Positions 1-10,956 of a stretch of 64,000 bases of DNA are shown piece by piece. The DNA lies in NCBI GenBank assembly GCA_963835065.1, contig CAWIEK010000001.1:32001-96000 (forward strand), in the 5' to 3' direction. The first letter of the stretch is position 1. The number at the start of each line of letters is the position of its first letter. A model generated the notes under the pieces. The model was not told where the DNA came from, made no database searches, and saw only the letters and a program-made list of their open reading frames with translations. This stretch comes from an uncultured Chthonomonadaceae bacterium. GTDB lineage: Bacteria > Armatimonadota > Chthonomonadetes > Chthonomonadales > Chthonomonadaceae. Both the position numbers and the translations under genes were made by a program.

Positions 1-1
1 A

Positions 2-280
2 CTGCGCGCCGAACTGTTGGCGGCGCATGGCTACCATGTGCAGATGCTGGAGTTCGTGGACGCGGAACACACGCCCAAAAACCTGCTTATCCGCGCCACG
101 CAGCGCGCTGCTACCGAAAAAAAGGCGGTAAACGCGGCGGAAAATGCAGCCTTGCGGGAGGCGGCGCAGGAAACTTATGCCCGGTTCCGCGATTTTTGGC
201 ATGTTCAGCCTTATATGGAGCAGGCATTGCAGCAGGGGATGTCGAATCAAAACGTACCCGATGAGGCCCCATCTGACTGA
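2..280 (+). CDS. SAM-dependent methyltransferase, C-terminal part (truncated by window edge)
   Basis: Frame open from base 2: LRAELLAAHGYHVQMLEFVDAEHTPKNLLIRA, the EF-x4-HTPKN-xx-IRA ending typical of Methyltransf_32-type proteins. Confidence 0.7.
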   Translation: MRAELLAAHGYHVQMLEFVDAEHTPKNLLIRATQRAATEKKAVNAAENAALREAAQETYARFRDFWHVQPYMEQALQQGMSNQNVPDEAPSD

Positions 281-390
281 AGAATATCACTGTATCCCCA
301 TACGTAAATGCAGGGGGCTTAGCGATTTGAACTCTGATAATCCGATTTGAAATAACAGGTTCTCCCACATTGCAAGAAAGTGAGCGATCT

Positions 391-1488
391 ATGACAGCCA
401 ATTCTCACAACTCCATATCCAACGTTTCTCCGTTCGAACTCGCGGCCTCCAACTTTTCGCGGCGGCAGTTTCTCACGCGGACGGGACAGACGCTTGCCGC
501 TCTGACCGCCACAAACCTGCTCCTGACAGGACAGGCGCACGGCGATAAGGCTCCGATCAAAATCACGGTCGGCAGCGGGCATCACAAGTACGAATGGGTA
601 AGCGACTGGCTTGTGCCGCCCGACAATATCCATTGGGGCGATACGCAGGGCGTGACGCAGGACGCCAAAGGCAACATTTATGTCACGCACACGGTTGCCG
701 CCACCAGCCCGGTGAAGGACGCCATTGTGGTGTTCGACAAGAACGGCAAATTTCTGACCTCGTGGGGCAGCCGATTTGCGGGCGGCGGGCACGGCATTGA
801 CATTCGCAAGGAAGGCAAGCAGGAATTTCTGTACCACTGCGACACGTTTCACCGCGTGGTCGTGAAAACCACGCTGACAGGCGAAGTCATCTGGGAGAAA
901 GGCGCTCCGCCCGAACCCGGCGTCTACAAGGATAAAGCGCCCTTCGTGCCGACGAATGTGTGTTTCGCGCCCAACGGCGACTTTTACATTGCCGACGGGT
1001 ATGGCTCCAGTTACATCCACCATTACAACATTGAAGGCAGTTGGATACGAACGTTCGCCGGGCCGGGAACGGAATTGGGCAAATGCCACACGCCGCACGG
1101 CCTCTGGCTGGACACGCGGGGCAGTGAGCCGCTGCTGATGGTTTCGGATCGGGAAAACAACCGCCTGCAATACTTTTCGCTGGACGGTAAGGGCGTGTCC
1201 ATTGTGAAAGCCCCGATGCGCCGCCCGTGCAATTCCGACATTTACAAGGGCGAAATGGTCATCCCCGATCTGTCGAGCGTGGTGACGATTCTGGACAAAG
1301 ACAACAATGTGGCGGCCATGCTGGGCGACGGCGCGGGCGTGGAGGATTTGCGCGGGCATCCCCGCGCGGACTTCATCCCCGGCAAGTTCATCCACCCGCA
1401 CGACGCCATGTATCTGCGTAACGGCGATATTTTGGTCGCGGAATGGATTCCGATTGGGCGGCTGACGCTGTTGAAGAGAATGAAGTAG
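391..1488 (+). CDS. Tat-exported NHL-repeat beta-propeller (peptidyl-alpha-hydroxyglycine lyase-like)
   Basis: Twin-arginine SRRQFL signal; NHL repeats (FYIADGYG, PHGLWLD, VSDRENNRLQYF, HPHD); ATG at 391. Confidence 0.8.
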   Translation: MTANSHNSISNVSPFELAASNFSRRQFLTRTGQTLAALTATNLLLTGQAHGDKAPIKITVGSGHHKYEWVSDWLVPPDNIHWGDTQGVTQDAKGNIYVTHTVAATSPVKDAIVVFDKNGKFLTSWGSRFAGGGHGIDIRKEGKQEFLYHCDTFHRVVVKTTLTGEVIWEKGAPPEPGVYKDKAPFVPTNVCFAPNGDFYIADGYGSSYIHHYNIEGSWIRTFAGPGTELGKCHTPHGLWLDTRGSEPLLMVSDRENNRLQYFSLDGKGVSIVKAPMRRPCNSDIYKGEMVIPDLSSVVTILDKDNNVAAMLGDGAGVEDLRGHPRADFIPGKFIHPHDAMYLRNGDILVAEWIPIGRLTLLKRMK

Positions 1489-1588
1489 TCAGTAGTCAGT
1501 AGTCAGTAGAAATGCGTTTTCCTGCAACGCGTGCTTCTCGTGCAAAGAGGTAAGCAGAAGAGCGATTTTCTACTGACTACTGACTACT
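1484..1588. repeat. Inverted pair of heptamer tandem arrays (AGTAGTC)n ... (GACTACT)n
   Basis: 1484-1509 agtagtcagtagtcagtagtcagtag; reverse-complement array ctactgactactgactact at 1570-1588. Confidence 0.9.
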
Positions 1589-1603
1589 TCTGGAGGTCTT
1601 CCT

Positions 1604-2659
1604 TTGTATCGTGGAGTAATTGAACGCTATCGGGCGTGGCTGCCCGTTGGCGAAAAGACGCCGATTGTTTCGCTGCTGGAAGGGGACACGCCCTTGATTC
1701 CCCTGCCGCGTTTGGCGGCGGTTATCAGCCCGCATGTCACGCTATACGGCAAGTTCGAGGGCATGAACCCGACCGGCTCGTTTAAGGATCGGGGCATGAC
1801 GCTGGCCGTCACCAAAGCGCATGAGGACGGACAGCAAACGGTGATGTGCGCGAGTACGGGCAACACGAGCGCGGCGGCGGCGGCGTATGCGGCGCGAGCG
1901 GGCATGGGCTGCTTCGTGCTGGTTCCCGGCGGCAACATCGCGCTTGGCAAACTGTCGCAGGCGCTGATTCACGGCGCGAAAGTGCTGGCGATTGACGGCA
2001 ACTTCGACGACGCGCTGTGTCTCGTCCGCGACATATGCGCCCAATATCCCATCGCCCTTGTTAATTCCATCAACCCGTATCGGCTGGAAGGGCAGAAGAC
2101 CGCCGCCTTTGAGGTCGTGGACGCGCTCGGCCACGCGCCCGATTACCACGTTTTGCCGGTGGGCAACGCGGGCAACATCACGGCGTATTGGAAGGGCTAT
2201 TCGGAGTACCATGCGGCAGGCAAGTGCGCCAATCTTCCCAAAATGCTCGGTTTTCAGGCGGAAGGCGCAATGCCGCTCGTGACGGGCAAGCCTGTTTCCA
2301 ATCCCAACACGGTTGCCACCGCTATCCGTATCGGCAACCCGGCAGGCTGGCAAAGCGCAATCCGGGCGCGGGATGAATCGGGCGGGCGCATTGACAGCGT
2401 GACGGATGAGGAAATTCTGGACGCTTACAAACTGCTGCCCGCTTTAGAAGGCGTGTTCGTGGAGCCGGCAAGCGCCGCGTCCATCGCCGGCCTGCGCAAA
2501 CTGGCCGCGCAAGGCTTCTTCACGCAGCCCGTTACGATTGTCGCAACGCTGACGGGGCACGGCTTGAAAGACCCGGAACGCGCCGTGCAGCAATCCGGTG
2601 AATCTCTAATCTCGGTTCCCACAACCCGCAACGCCGTTCTCGCCGCCATTGGCTACTGA
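1604..2659 (+). CDS. thrC: Threonine synthase (PLP)
   Basis: [13 protein letters not shown] lysine motif, [37 protein letters not shown]. Confidence 0.95.
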   Translation: MYRGVIERYRAWLPVGEKTPIVSLLEGDTPLIPLPRLAAVISPHVTLYGKFEGMNPTGSFKDRGMTLAVTKAHEDGQQTVMCASTGNTSAAAAAYAARAGMGCFVLVPGGNIALGKLSQALIHGAKVLAIDGNFDDALCLVRDICAQYPIALVNSINPYRLEGQKTAAFEVVDALGHAPDYHVLPVGNAGNITAYWKGYSEYHAAGKCANLPKMLGFQAEGAMPLVTGKPVSNPNTVATAIRIGNPAGWQSAIRARDESGGRIDSVTDEEILDAYKLLPALEGVFVEPASAASIAGLRKLAAQGFFTQPVTIVATLTGHGLKDPERAVQQSGESLISVPTTRNAVLAAIGY

Positions 2660-2721
2660 AATGATAGAGGAACTCAGTCCGCGCCGAAAATAGTTCTTCA
2701 GGGTGCAGGGAGGGCTTGCAG

Positions 2722-3596
2722 ATGATGCAGATTTTTGACAGCACGATCAAAGACATTCTCAATGAGCGTCTTGACGCTCTTGAGAAGCACTTCGATGCTG
2801 ATATTGTCTTCTTCTTCGGAGAAATCTTTGTCGCCGTGGAAAAGTTCTTCCGCGACTGTATCGAAAAACTTAAGAAGATACAAGTCAGGAGAAACAAAGG
2901 CTGGTATTGTTTCTCAACACTCCCGGCGGCAGTGCCGAAACTGTAGAGAAAATGGTGGAAATTGTACGTTTCCACTATCAAGAAGTATATTTTGTTGTAC
3001 CGGACACAGCACTGTCTGCCGGAACGATTTTCTGCATGTCCGGCGATAAAATCTTTATGGATTATTCCTCTTCTCTCGGTCCCATTGATCCACAAGTTTT
3101 CAATGGCACACAGTACGTACCGGCTCTGGGTTATCTGGATCAGGTTGAGAAGATTCTGGAGAAAGCAAGAAATGGTACAATCACGCAGGCCGAATTCTTG
3201 ATTCTTCAAAATCAAGATTTGGCTATGCTAAATCAGTATGAGCAACAGAAGAATTTAACCATAACTCTGCTGAAGAAATGGCTTGTTGAGTACAAGTTCC
3301 GTGACTGGCAGACGCATGGCTCCAACCCTGCGAAACTTGGGCAAATTGTCACCGTAGAAGAAAAAGAACAACGCGCAGAGGAAATTGCCATCCTGCTCGG
3401 CAACAATCAAATATGGCATTCTCATGGCAGGTACATAAGCGCCAACACGCTTCAAACGTTCGTCAAGTTGAAGATTGAGGACTACTCCTCGGACGCAATA
3501 TTGAAGCCTCTTATTCGCGCGTATAACGACCTTCTCACCGAGTACATCAGACGCAACAACTATACTGTTTTTCTGCACAGCAAATTTTTGTTCTGA
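2722..3596 (+). CDS. SDH-family ClpP-class serine protease (one frameshift near 2875)
   Basis: ORFs 2716-2946 and 2907-3596 join; LNTPGG, ALSAGT (catalytic Ser), LGPIDPQ, WHSHGR motifs; lower GC than flanks. Confidence 0.8.
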
Positions 3597-3610
3597 GGAG
3601 AAGAAGCAAA

Positions 3611-3814
3611 ATGTCATTAGTGGAGAGAGTACAACAATGTGTAGCAGCCAACGAGCCTCAGCTTAACAATGACCCGGAGTTTGTGAAACTCCGCGATTTT
3701 TATCATGAGATGCAGCAGGCAGGCATTGCAAAAAAAGCAACCTACTCGTTGCCGCCGCTCGATACGGTAGGAAGAAGAGTTTACCAATTGACCGCCAGTA
3801 AAACACAGCGTTAG
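3611..3814 (+). CDS. Small hypothetical protein coupled to the SDH protease
   Basis: 67-aa ORF with GAGGAG RBS starting 14 nt after the protease stop; same low-GC character. Confidence 0.6.
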   Translation: MSLVERVQQCVAANEPQLNNDPEFVKLRDFYHEMQQAGIAKKATYSLPPLDTVGRRVYQLTASKTQR

Positions 3815-3896
3815 AACTCACTGCATTCGGCAAAGCGCCTGCCGGAGTTGCATTCGCAGCAACCCAGCAGGCATTTGTAATTGCATCGAGGCAAAC

Positions 3897-4224
3897 ATGA
3901 TTGAAGTCGAGCATGTAACAGCAACTGTTCAGATAATGCAAATCCTGCCCGGCAATCCGCTCGTCGCGCGGAACCGCGTCGCCACACAGCAAAGTGCATG
4001 TCCGGGTGAACTACAGCAACAAGGCGCTCGGTCTGATTACCTTGCAGGGAACAGCGGCGGATACCGTTGTACGGGCGGATAGAGAAGGCCACTGGCAGAC
4101 AGCGCCCATCAACATCGGCAGCATTTTGGGAAATCGGGGCGTGGAGTATACGATTGCAGTGACAGCCGCCAACGACGCGGGCGAGCAGTCCGAACCAACA
4201 ACGGCGCGTTTCCGTATCCGGTAG
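3897..4224 (+). CDS. Ig-like beta-sandwich fragment (frameshifted near 3970 or remnant)
   Basis: Joining frames gives ..NPLVARGTASPHSKVHVRVNY..EYTIAVTAANDAG, a bacterial Ig-like pattern. Confidence 0.35.
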
Positions 4225-4264
4225 AAAGCAGGTTATGCTAACAGCGTGTCAGAACTAGGGGATA

Positions 4265-4287
4265 GGCGCGGCAAGCAGCGCCCCTAC
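4265..4287 (-). repeat. GTAG-type REP palindrome
   Basis: ggcgcggcaagcagcgcccctac; near-identical copy at 55699-55723. Confidence 0.7.
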
Positions 4288-4441
4288 AACACGAACTTCT
4301 CATACACCGTTAGTATAGAAGCGCGGCAGGGCAGGGCAAATTCCTTTTGCTGACATGGCAAGGCTCATATAGCAGAAGGAGTTTGCCTGCGCATACTTTC
4401 ACCGGCGCAGGCTTCAAACGTATGTCTTCAGAGGAGACGCA

Positions 4442-4846
4442 ATGAGCGCGATCAAGGAATTTCAAACGTTTATACTGCGTGGCAATGTGGTTGACCTGGC
4501 GGTCGGCGTGGTCATTGGCGCGGCGTTTACGGGTGTCGTGACGGCGTTCACCAAAGACATTCTCACGCCCATCATCGGCATTCCCGGCAAAATGAATTTC
4601 AGCGAGTATGCCTTCACCATCAACGGCAGCAAGTTCCTGATAGGCGAATTCCTCAACACGCTCATCAGTTTTGTGCTGACCGCGCTGGTAGTCTTCTTCC
4701 TTGTCGTTCGGCCCGTCAACTGGCTGGTGGCGCGGCGCAAGGTGGACACGCCCGCCGAAGAAACCACCCGCGAATGTCCGCAATGCCTGAGCAAAATCCC
4801 CCTCAAAGCCACGCGCTGCGCGTTCTGCACGTCGGAAGTTAGTTGA
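4442..4846 (+). CDS. mscL: Large-conductance mechanosensitive channel with C-terminal Cys4 zinc ribbon
   Basis: EFQTFILRGNVVDLAVGVVIGAAF signature; CPQC..CAFC tail. Confidence 0.95.
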   Translation: MSAIKEFQTFILRGNVVDLAVGVVIGAAFTGVVTAFTKDILTPIIGIPGKMNFSEYAFTINGSKFLIGEFLNTLISFVLTALVVFFLVVRPVNWLVARRKVDTPAEETTRECPQCLSKIPLKATRCAFCTSEVS

Positions 4847-4880
4847 AGGTTGAGAGTTGAAGGTTGAGAGTTGAGAGTTG
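4842..4880. repeat. Heptamer tandem repeat (GTTGAAG/GTTGAGA)n
   Basis: gttgaaggttgagagttgaaggttgagagttgagagttg overlapping the mscL stop. Confidence 0.85.
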
Positions 4881-4953
4881 CGGGTTTACTGCCGCACACA
4901 TTCCTTGTCCTGCTCAAAATCCCATGTTGAGCAGGATAAGATTGGAAGGACGG

Positions 4954-5208
4954 TTATGGGGCGTCAATTTCTCTACTGCCCTGAATATTAGCGATACTGT
5001 AGCCTAACTGATTTAGGAACTGCTCCACTTCGTGAAGTGAACGAAAATAGTGTACTTCGCGTTTGCGATAATCCTCCTCTTTATGGTCAGCATCGCTGTC
5101 ATGTACGGCCTTACTGAGTTCGATGACAAGCGCCATAAACGGTCGTTCCTGCACATCACGCTTTTCCTCGACTAGCCTCATGTAGACTTTACGGTAGTGC
5201 CTAAACAT
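4954..5208 (-). CDS. Hypothetical protein
   Basis: Short ORF with protein-like composition; no recognised motif. Confidence 0.4.
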   Translation of the reverse strand: MFRHYRKVYMRLVEEKRDVQERPFMALVIELSKAVHDSDADHKEEDYRKREVHYFRSLHEVEQFLNQLGYSIANIQGSREIDAP

Positions 5209-5235
5209 TAAACAGCCTGCCTGAATGGAACAGGG

Positions 5236-6009
5236 ATGAAGAAGCCTTGCCAACAGTGTCTTCGCGCCTTCTTGGTCTTACTCTTGGTCTTCATCATGGT
5301 TCTGCGTCCCGGACATGCGCTGGAACAAAGGCAGCCGCGCCCAAAACGCCCCCTGTCCAAGCCTCCTTCGCTGGATATTGACAACTTGATCTCTGTCCTG
5401 CATCCTATGATCTTGGGCTGCGAACTTCCAAACGCGCATCTGCATCTGGTTATCAAAGGCTTCGCGGGTTTTCCGATGGAGGGTTGGGAATACATTCAGT
5501 TGAGGGACGGCAGGCAAGCGCGGATACTCCACACGCTCAATGATCTGCGCGGCCATGTTTCCATTACTGATGGCCCAACCGCTTTGCGCTATGTGCGTCT
5601 GCTGACTTCCCCGGAAACCTGGTTTTTGTGGAAGCAGAATCGTCTTGAGGTGGAAATCCTCGAAGCCGGAGAGGCTCTGTTTCTTCCCAATTACGGCTTG
5701 CAGGAGCAGTCACATTCTTTCTCTTCGCCGGACTTTACCCTTATGGGGGATGGCAGCATGGGAATACTGACGCGCAAGGCTTATCGCGCCGGAGGCTTTG
5801 CGCCTGCGGCGGTTGTGCCTGTCGCGGGAGGTTTTCAGATCACCCGTTGGCTGTACAGCGAAGAGATTGGCGACAACAGGGAGGCAGGCAGCGCGCGGCA
5901 AATACAGGAGTTCGTTGGCGCAGACGGAACCTACCGCCGTACCCTGCTGAAAACGCGCTCCGCGCCCTCCCTGCCGAACGCGCAATTAACCATCCCAAAG
6001 TTCGAGTAG
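5236..6009 (+). CDS. Hypothetical secreted protein
   Basis: 257-aa ORF with N-terminal hydrophobic signal-like stretch. Confidence 0.6.
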   Translation: MKKPCQQCLRAFLVLLLVFIMVLRPGHALEQRQPRPKRPLSKPPSLDIDNLISVLHPMILGCELPNAHLHLVIKGFAGFPMEGWEYIQLRDGRQARILHTLNDLRGHVSITDGPTALRYVRLLTSPETWFLWKQNRLEVEILEAGEALFLPNYGLQEQSHSFSSPDFTLMGDGSMGILTRKAYRAGGFAPAAVVPVAGGFQITRWLYSEEIGDNREAGSARQIQEFVGADGTYRRTLLKTRSAPSLPNAQLTIPKFE

Positions 6010-6019
6010 CGTACAGCCT

Positions 6020-7324
6020 TCATTCTGCGCTTTCTACAATCAGTTGCGCCACCTGCGTTTCCGGGTCGTCGAGTTGGAGTTCCTTGATCTTTCTGGCGAT
6101 ACGTTTGGCAATTGCTTTCGCCTGCGGGAACGCCTCGCTTGTCCAGTAGCGGTTTTCCTTGCTGAAGAAGCCGATCTCATGCAGGAACAGACAGGGAAAC
6201 TCGAAAAACTCGCCGATAGTGCCTTCATCGCCCAGGTTGAAGGAGCCGTCCGGTTTCAGCGACTTTGTAAGACAGAAATCCAGCATTTTGCGGATTTCGG
6301 TTTTGGCGGTGGCTTTCTGGGCGGCGGTCATGGCCGGCCAGCCATAGTGGAACAGGGACACAACATCATAGTTGTGATGATCCGACATTTGCCCCTCCTG
6401 CAGCCAGCCGTAAGGCCATTCCAGATTCTTCATTGCCAATGTGGTTTGGATTATCTGAGGCCAGCGCTTGACCTTGCCTTCACGGTAATGAATAATGTGG
6501 AACGTGGCGCTCATGTCGGCGGTTTTGCGGATGCCGCCGTCCTGCGTTTTGAACCAGCAGCCCCAAAAGCCGGTCTGCGGGTCTTGCCACTTGTTGTCTA
6601 CATAGTCCAGCATGGCCGCTTTGAGTTGCGGATGAAAAGCGTAGCCGGAGGGAAGCGTGCCCAAAATCAGGCGCACAAGATCGGTTCCGCTGAGGTTCAA
6701 CTCAAAGCGCGTGTCCTCGCCGGTTTTGCGCACATCGGCAATCAGCAGCCTGTCCATATAGGCGCGGAACTTGTCGGGGCTGTTGATTTCATCCAGGAAG
6801 CGCAGCGGGCGCTTGGGTTTGGCGTCCAGGTATTGCATGACCACCAGTTTGTCACACGCGGCATCCACCTTATAAAACCACGCTTGATTGCACGGGTTGA
6901 AACTGCCATCCACAGGAGATTGCTCCTTCGCTTCCGGGGGATCGGCGGATTGTTTGAGCAGGTCGCGCAAGGCTTGCAGCCGTTTCTCAATTCTGTCGAA
7001 ATTTGCGGTGTACTGTACCAGCCAGTGCGCTTCCACATAAATTTGCCGCGCGCAGGGCGTTTTGCGGCCAGATTTGGCCTGGCGAAACATCTCCTGTCGC
7101 AGCTGCTCCAACTCGTCTTTACACTTGTTGATTTTCGGGCGATATTGGGGATCATACGCCCGAAAGTCCGCAGCCGGGTCGTAACCGAAAACGCCCCATG
7201 CTTCACTGCGGGAGCGCGTCCCGGATTTTGCAGGGGCTTCCTGAGCGTACACAGACGCGGGGAACGTTGCTATCGCGGAAAAGATAAACAGGATCATTGC
7301 AGCCATGTTGGTTTTTGGGCGCAT
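6020..7324 (-). CDS. Secreted hypothetical protein, possible alpha/alpha-toroid fold
   Basis: Signal peptide ending VYA-QE; QDPQTGFW and LKPDGSF resemble prenyltransferase/squalene-cyclase repeats. Confidence 0.6.
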   Translation of the reverse strand: MRPKTNMAAMILFIFSAIATFPASVYAQEAPAKSGTRSRSEAWGVFGYDPAADFRAYDPQYRPKINKCKDELEQLRQEMFRQAKSGRKTPCARQIYVEAHWLVQYTANFDRIEKRLQALRDLLKQSADPPEAKEQSPVDGSFNPCNQAWFYKVDAACDKLVVMQYLDAKPKRPLRFLDEINSPDKFRAYMDRLLIADVRKTGEDTRFELNLSGTDLVRLILGTLPSGYAFHPQLKAAMLDYVDNKWQDPQTGFWGCWFKTQDGGIRKTADMSATFHIIHYREGKVKRWPQIIQTTLAMKNLEWPYGWLQEGQMSDHHNYDVVSLFHYGWPAMTAAQKATAKTEIRKMLDFCLTKSLKPDGSFNLGDEGTIGEFFEFPCLFLHEIGFFSKENRYWTSEAFPQAKAIAKRIARKIKELQLDDPETQVAQLIVESAE

Positions 7325-7512
7325 CCTTGTCCTCCTGGAAGCAGAAAACTGGAAGTGGGAAAGGGTTCTGCGCCACGCCCATTTTCTCCTGCTAAATGTT
7401 TGCGCAAAAGGACGGAATTTTAATGTGAGATACCCTCTTCTCCGACTTAGACCGGAGCAGAGGAGCGGCGCGCAAGAGGCAAGCCCTGAACAACCTTAAG
7501 GAGATTTCTGTC

Positions 7513-9556
7513 GTGTACTTTCGATTTCCTTCCCTTCAACCGCGCTGCTATGGCGCAGTTCGCAGTTTCGTCCTTATGGCGCTGTTGGCTATTGGCGGCC
7601 AGGCGGTTCGCGCGGATGCCGCGCGTGTTCTACATTCCCCGGATGGACGGCTTGAGGTACAGATACAAATGCCTGTACCCGGCTCCGCTGATACGCCGCA
7701 ATGGTCGGCGACCTTTGGCGGCAAGGCCATTTTGAGCAACTGCCGTCTGAGCCTGAACATTGCGGAGGAAGGCGACTTGCTTGCGGGTGTGCGGGTGCAG
7801 GAGGAACGCAGCCGTTCCTGGGATAAGCGAGTGCGTGTGCTATTCGGCAAGACTGACTATGCCAATGACCGCTGCCATGAACTGCGCTTTGTGTTCGAAA
7901 ACCCCCGTCATCGGCGCGTGGCAGTCGTGTTCCGCTGTTACAACGATGCCATCGCCTTTCGCTATGAAGTTCCAAAACAGGCGGGTATAAAGCGGCTGAT
8001 CGTGACCGAGGAAGGCACCTCGTTCACGCCGGTCGGCAATCCACGCGCTTACGTGCAATACCTCGAAAACTACCGGACTTCGCACGAACACAATGTCACC
8101 ACGACGCCCTTGCAGGACATAAAGCCGGATACGCTGCTGGATATGCCCCTGACACTTGCCCGCGAAGATGGTACGTATCTTGCCATTACTGAAGCCGCCT
8201 TGCGCCACTATGCCGGTATGTCGCTGATGCGGATTGCCAATACAGGGGAAGCCGCAGAGTTGATTTGCCGCCTCACGCCCCGCCCGGATGGAACGAAAGT
8301 GGCGCGCGACCTGCCCATGCAGACGCCCTGGCGCGTGGCGCTGGTCGGGGAGCGAGCGGGCGCGCTGTTGGAGTCCAATACGCTCTATTGCCTGAACGAG
8401 CCAAACGCGATTGGCGATACCTCCTGGATCAAGCCGGGCAAGTTGACATTCTCCTGGTGGAACGGCAATGTCGTCAAGGACGGGAAGGCCAGCCCGCCTA
8501 TTTTCAGCATGGAAGCGCAGAAGACGTACATTGATTTTTGCGCCGCCAATGGGCTGGCGTTTCATTCGGTGATTTGCGACAACGAAGACACGCCCTGGTA
8601 TCGGCAGACGCAGAAGGGAGTGGTTCCCGGCCCGGACACGGATGTGACGCAGGTAAGGGCGGATTTAGACCTTGCCGCCATTCGCCGGTATGCGCAGTCA
8701 AAAGGAGTACGGCTGTGGACGTGGGTGCATCAGGCCGCCTTGCGCGGGCGCGTGGAGGAGGCGTTTGCCGCCTTCGAGCGCATCGGGTGGAGCGGCATGA
8801 TGGTGGACTTCTTCGACCATGACGATCAGGAGACAGTGGAGTTTGCCGAGGAGATATTGCAGGCGGCAGCGCGGCATCACATCCTCATCCACTTTCATGG
8901 CGTCTGGAAGCCGACCGGCTGGCAGCGAACCTACCCTAACCTGATGAACCATGAGGGCGCGCTGAACCTCGAATACCTCAAGTGGAGCGACCGCTGCACA
9001 CCGGAACATACGCTCAACCTGCTGTTTACCCGTATGGTGGCAGGGCCGATGGACTACCACGCAGGCGGGTTCCGGGCCGTGACGCGAGAGGCGTTCAAGC
9101 CTATTTATATTGCGCCCAATGTGCTGGGAACGCGATGTTTTCAGTTGGCCTCGTATGTCTGCTTCGACAATCCCAATCCGATGGTGGCGGATTATCCTTC
9201 CGCCTACGAGGGACAACCCGGTTTCGACTTCCTCAAAGTGGTTCCGACATGGTGGGACGAGACGCAGGTGCTAATGGGCAAGGTAGGCGAGGTTCTGGTC
9301 ACGGCGCGGCGCAAGGGACGGAGCGTGGTACGTAGGCGGCATGGGCGCGAAACAGGCGCGAGAGTTGGCGCTGCCGCTCTCCTTCCTCAGTTCCGGGCCG
9401 TATACCGCGAAAGTTTGGAAGGATGCGCCCAATTCGGAGGCGGAACCAAACCGATTGCTGACGGAGGCGTTTACGGCTTCGTCCGGCGACATGCTGAAAG
9501 TACGAATGGCGCTGGATGGTGGGTTTGTCGCGCAGTTTTCACCCGCTGGAAGGTAA
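7513..9556 (+). CDS. Glycoside hydrolase family 97 (frameshift near 9320)
   Basis: SPDGRL N-terminus, WIKPGK, MVDFFD, HG-x-WKPTG, YPN-x3-EG, GPMDY; C-terminal domain WYVGGM..DGGFVA continues in ORF 9341-9556. Confidence 0.9.
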
Positions 9557-9602
9557 ACAAGTCTTTTTAGTTGATAGTTGCTTTAAAGGAAGGACACGCA
9601 TC

Positions 9603-9896
9603 ATGCAATGGGAGTTTTTGGGAACGCAGGAACTGCAAGAAAGCAGCGCCGCCCGGAAGGGCCATGTCTATGTCTTGTCTATGTGGCGTACACCGGTTCC
9701 GGGCGGATGGCTGCTGATGACGCTCAACAGTCGCAGCAACGACCCGCAACCCGTACAGAGTTTTTACCCGGACGCGCAGCATCTATGGACAGGCAAAACG
9801 CCTGCAGAAGCCGGTTACCTGCTGCGCGCGGCAGGCGCAGGCGCATTGCCTGCCGCAGACATGCTGCTGCTTCCGGCGGAGGAAAATACGGAATAA
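9603..9896 (+). CDS. Hypothetical protein
   Basis: ATG at 9603 preceded by AAGGA; MQWEFLG..WRTPVPGGWLL. Confidence 0.6.
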   Translation: MQWEFLGTQELQESSAARKGHVYVLSMWRTPVPGGWLLMTLNSRSNDPQPVQSFYPDAQHLWTGKTPAEAGYLLRAAGAGALPAADMLLLPAEENTE

Positions 9897-9971
9897 GGCA
9901 AGGCAACGGTGAAACCGGCTACAACCGCCTGCTGAACTCCAATCGCGTATAAAAACGCCCGGAACCGGTGT

Positions 9972-10529
9972 TCACTTTTCCTGCAGCAGTTTTTCAATGC
10001 TGCGGCTGAGCTGCGCTTCGCCGTCCGCGCCGTTGTAGCCAAGTTCGCCTTCCCAGTGTTGGCGGACATGGCCCTGTTTGTCAATGAGGTACACGGTGGG
10101 CCAATACTTCTGCCCCCAACGGTTCCAGTTCGCGCTGTTGCCATCCACAAGCACGGGATAAGAGATGTCGTGCTGCTTGATGGCGCGGGCGACATTCACA
10201 GTGGCTTTTTCGCCCCGCGTTTCGGGCGTATGGACGCCGATAATCTGCACATTCTGAGCCGCAAACTTCTTTTGCAGCCGCGCATACGCGGGGAGATTAT
10301 GCCGGCAATTGATGCAGCCATACGTCCAGAAGTGTACCACCGTCACTTTGCCTCTGCGCGACGCCAGCGTGACGGGCACGCCCTGCCGGGTGTTGAGCCA
10401 CGGCCCGCCGACCAATTCCTGCGCCGGTTTGTCGTCACGTTCCTGAGCGTTGGCAGGCACGAGGACGCCAATCGCGGTGGCTGCGCCAATCAAGCCCAAC
10501 AGTCGGGCAACATTGTTTCTGATGTTCAT
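9972..10529 (-). CDS. Exported thioredoxin-fold redoxin (DipZ/TlpA-like)
   Basis: FWTYGCINC, GVHTPE, YWPTVYLID, GEL; signal peptide. Confidence 0.9.
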   Translation of the reverse strand: MNIRNNVARLLGLIGAATAIGVLVPANAQERDDKPAQELVGGPWLNTRQGVPVTLASRRGKVTVVHFWTYGCINCRHNLPAYARLQKKFAAQNVQIIGVHTPETRGEKATVNVARAIKQHDISYPVLVDGNSANWNRWGQKYWPTVYLIDKQGHVRQHWEGELGYNGADGEAQLSRSIEKLLQEK

Positions 10530-10610
10530 TCTTCTAACGGTCTTTCTTCGTTCAGCCTACTCCGTTCACGCTAAGGAGTGGGGCGCTGAAAGTTCGTATT
10601 TCCCGCACTC

Positions 10611-10633
10611 CTATCAACTATCAACTATCAACT
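10611..10633. repeat. Heptamer tandem repeat (CTATCAA)n
   Basis: ctatcaactatcaactatcaact. Confidence 0.85.
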
Positions 10634-10635
10634 GC

Positions 10636-10950
10636 TTAAGAAGCAGACTTCGTATTTTGCTGCTCCACGAGCGTCATTTCCGCATCGAGGGCTTCGCGGC
10701 GTTCGGACGTTAAACCGGTGTTCGCGTTAGCAGGCGTTTCCGGCGCGTGATCCAATTGGTTCAAGTGGGAATGTATGTCTTCCAGGGCGGCCAGCGCTGT
10801 TCGGCATTTGGAACAGGTGGCAACATGGAACTTGGTATATAGCTTCGCGGGGCCTTTCAGCGAGCCGTCGGCCAGTCCGTTGACCATATTGTCCATGTGT
10901 TCGCAAGGCTCAATAACGCGCGGCAATTCGGCGTTTTGATTGGTTGTCAT
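10636..10950 (-). CDS. Zinc-binding (ZAS) anti-sigma factor
   Basis: HVATCSKC = Hx3Cx2C plus upstream Cys; directly downstream of an ECF sigma. Confidence 0.8.
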   Translation of the reverse strand: MTTNQNAELPRVIEPCEHMDNMVNGLADGSLKGPAKLYTKFHVATCSKCRTALAALEDIHSHLNQLDHAPETPANANTGLTSERREALDAEMTLVEQQNTKSAS

Positions 10951-10956
10951 AGCGTG

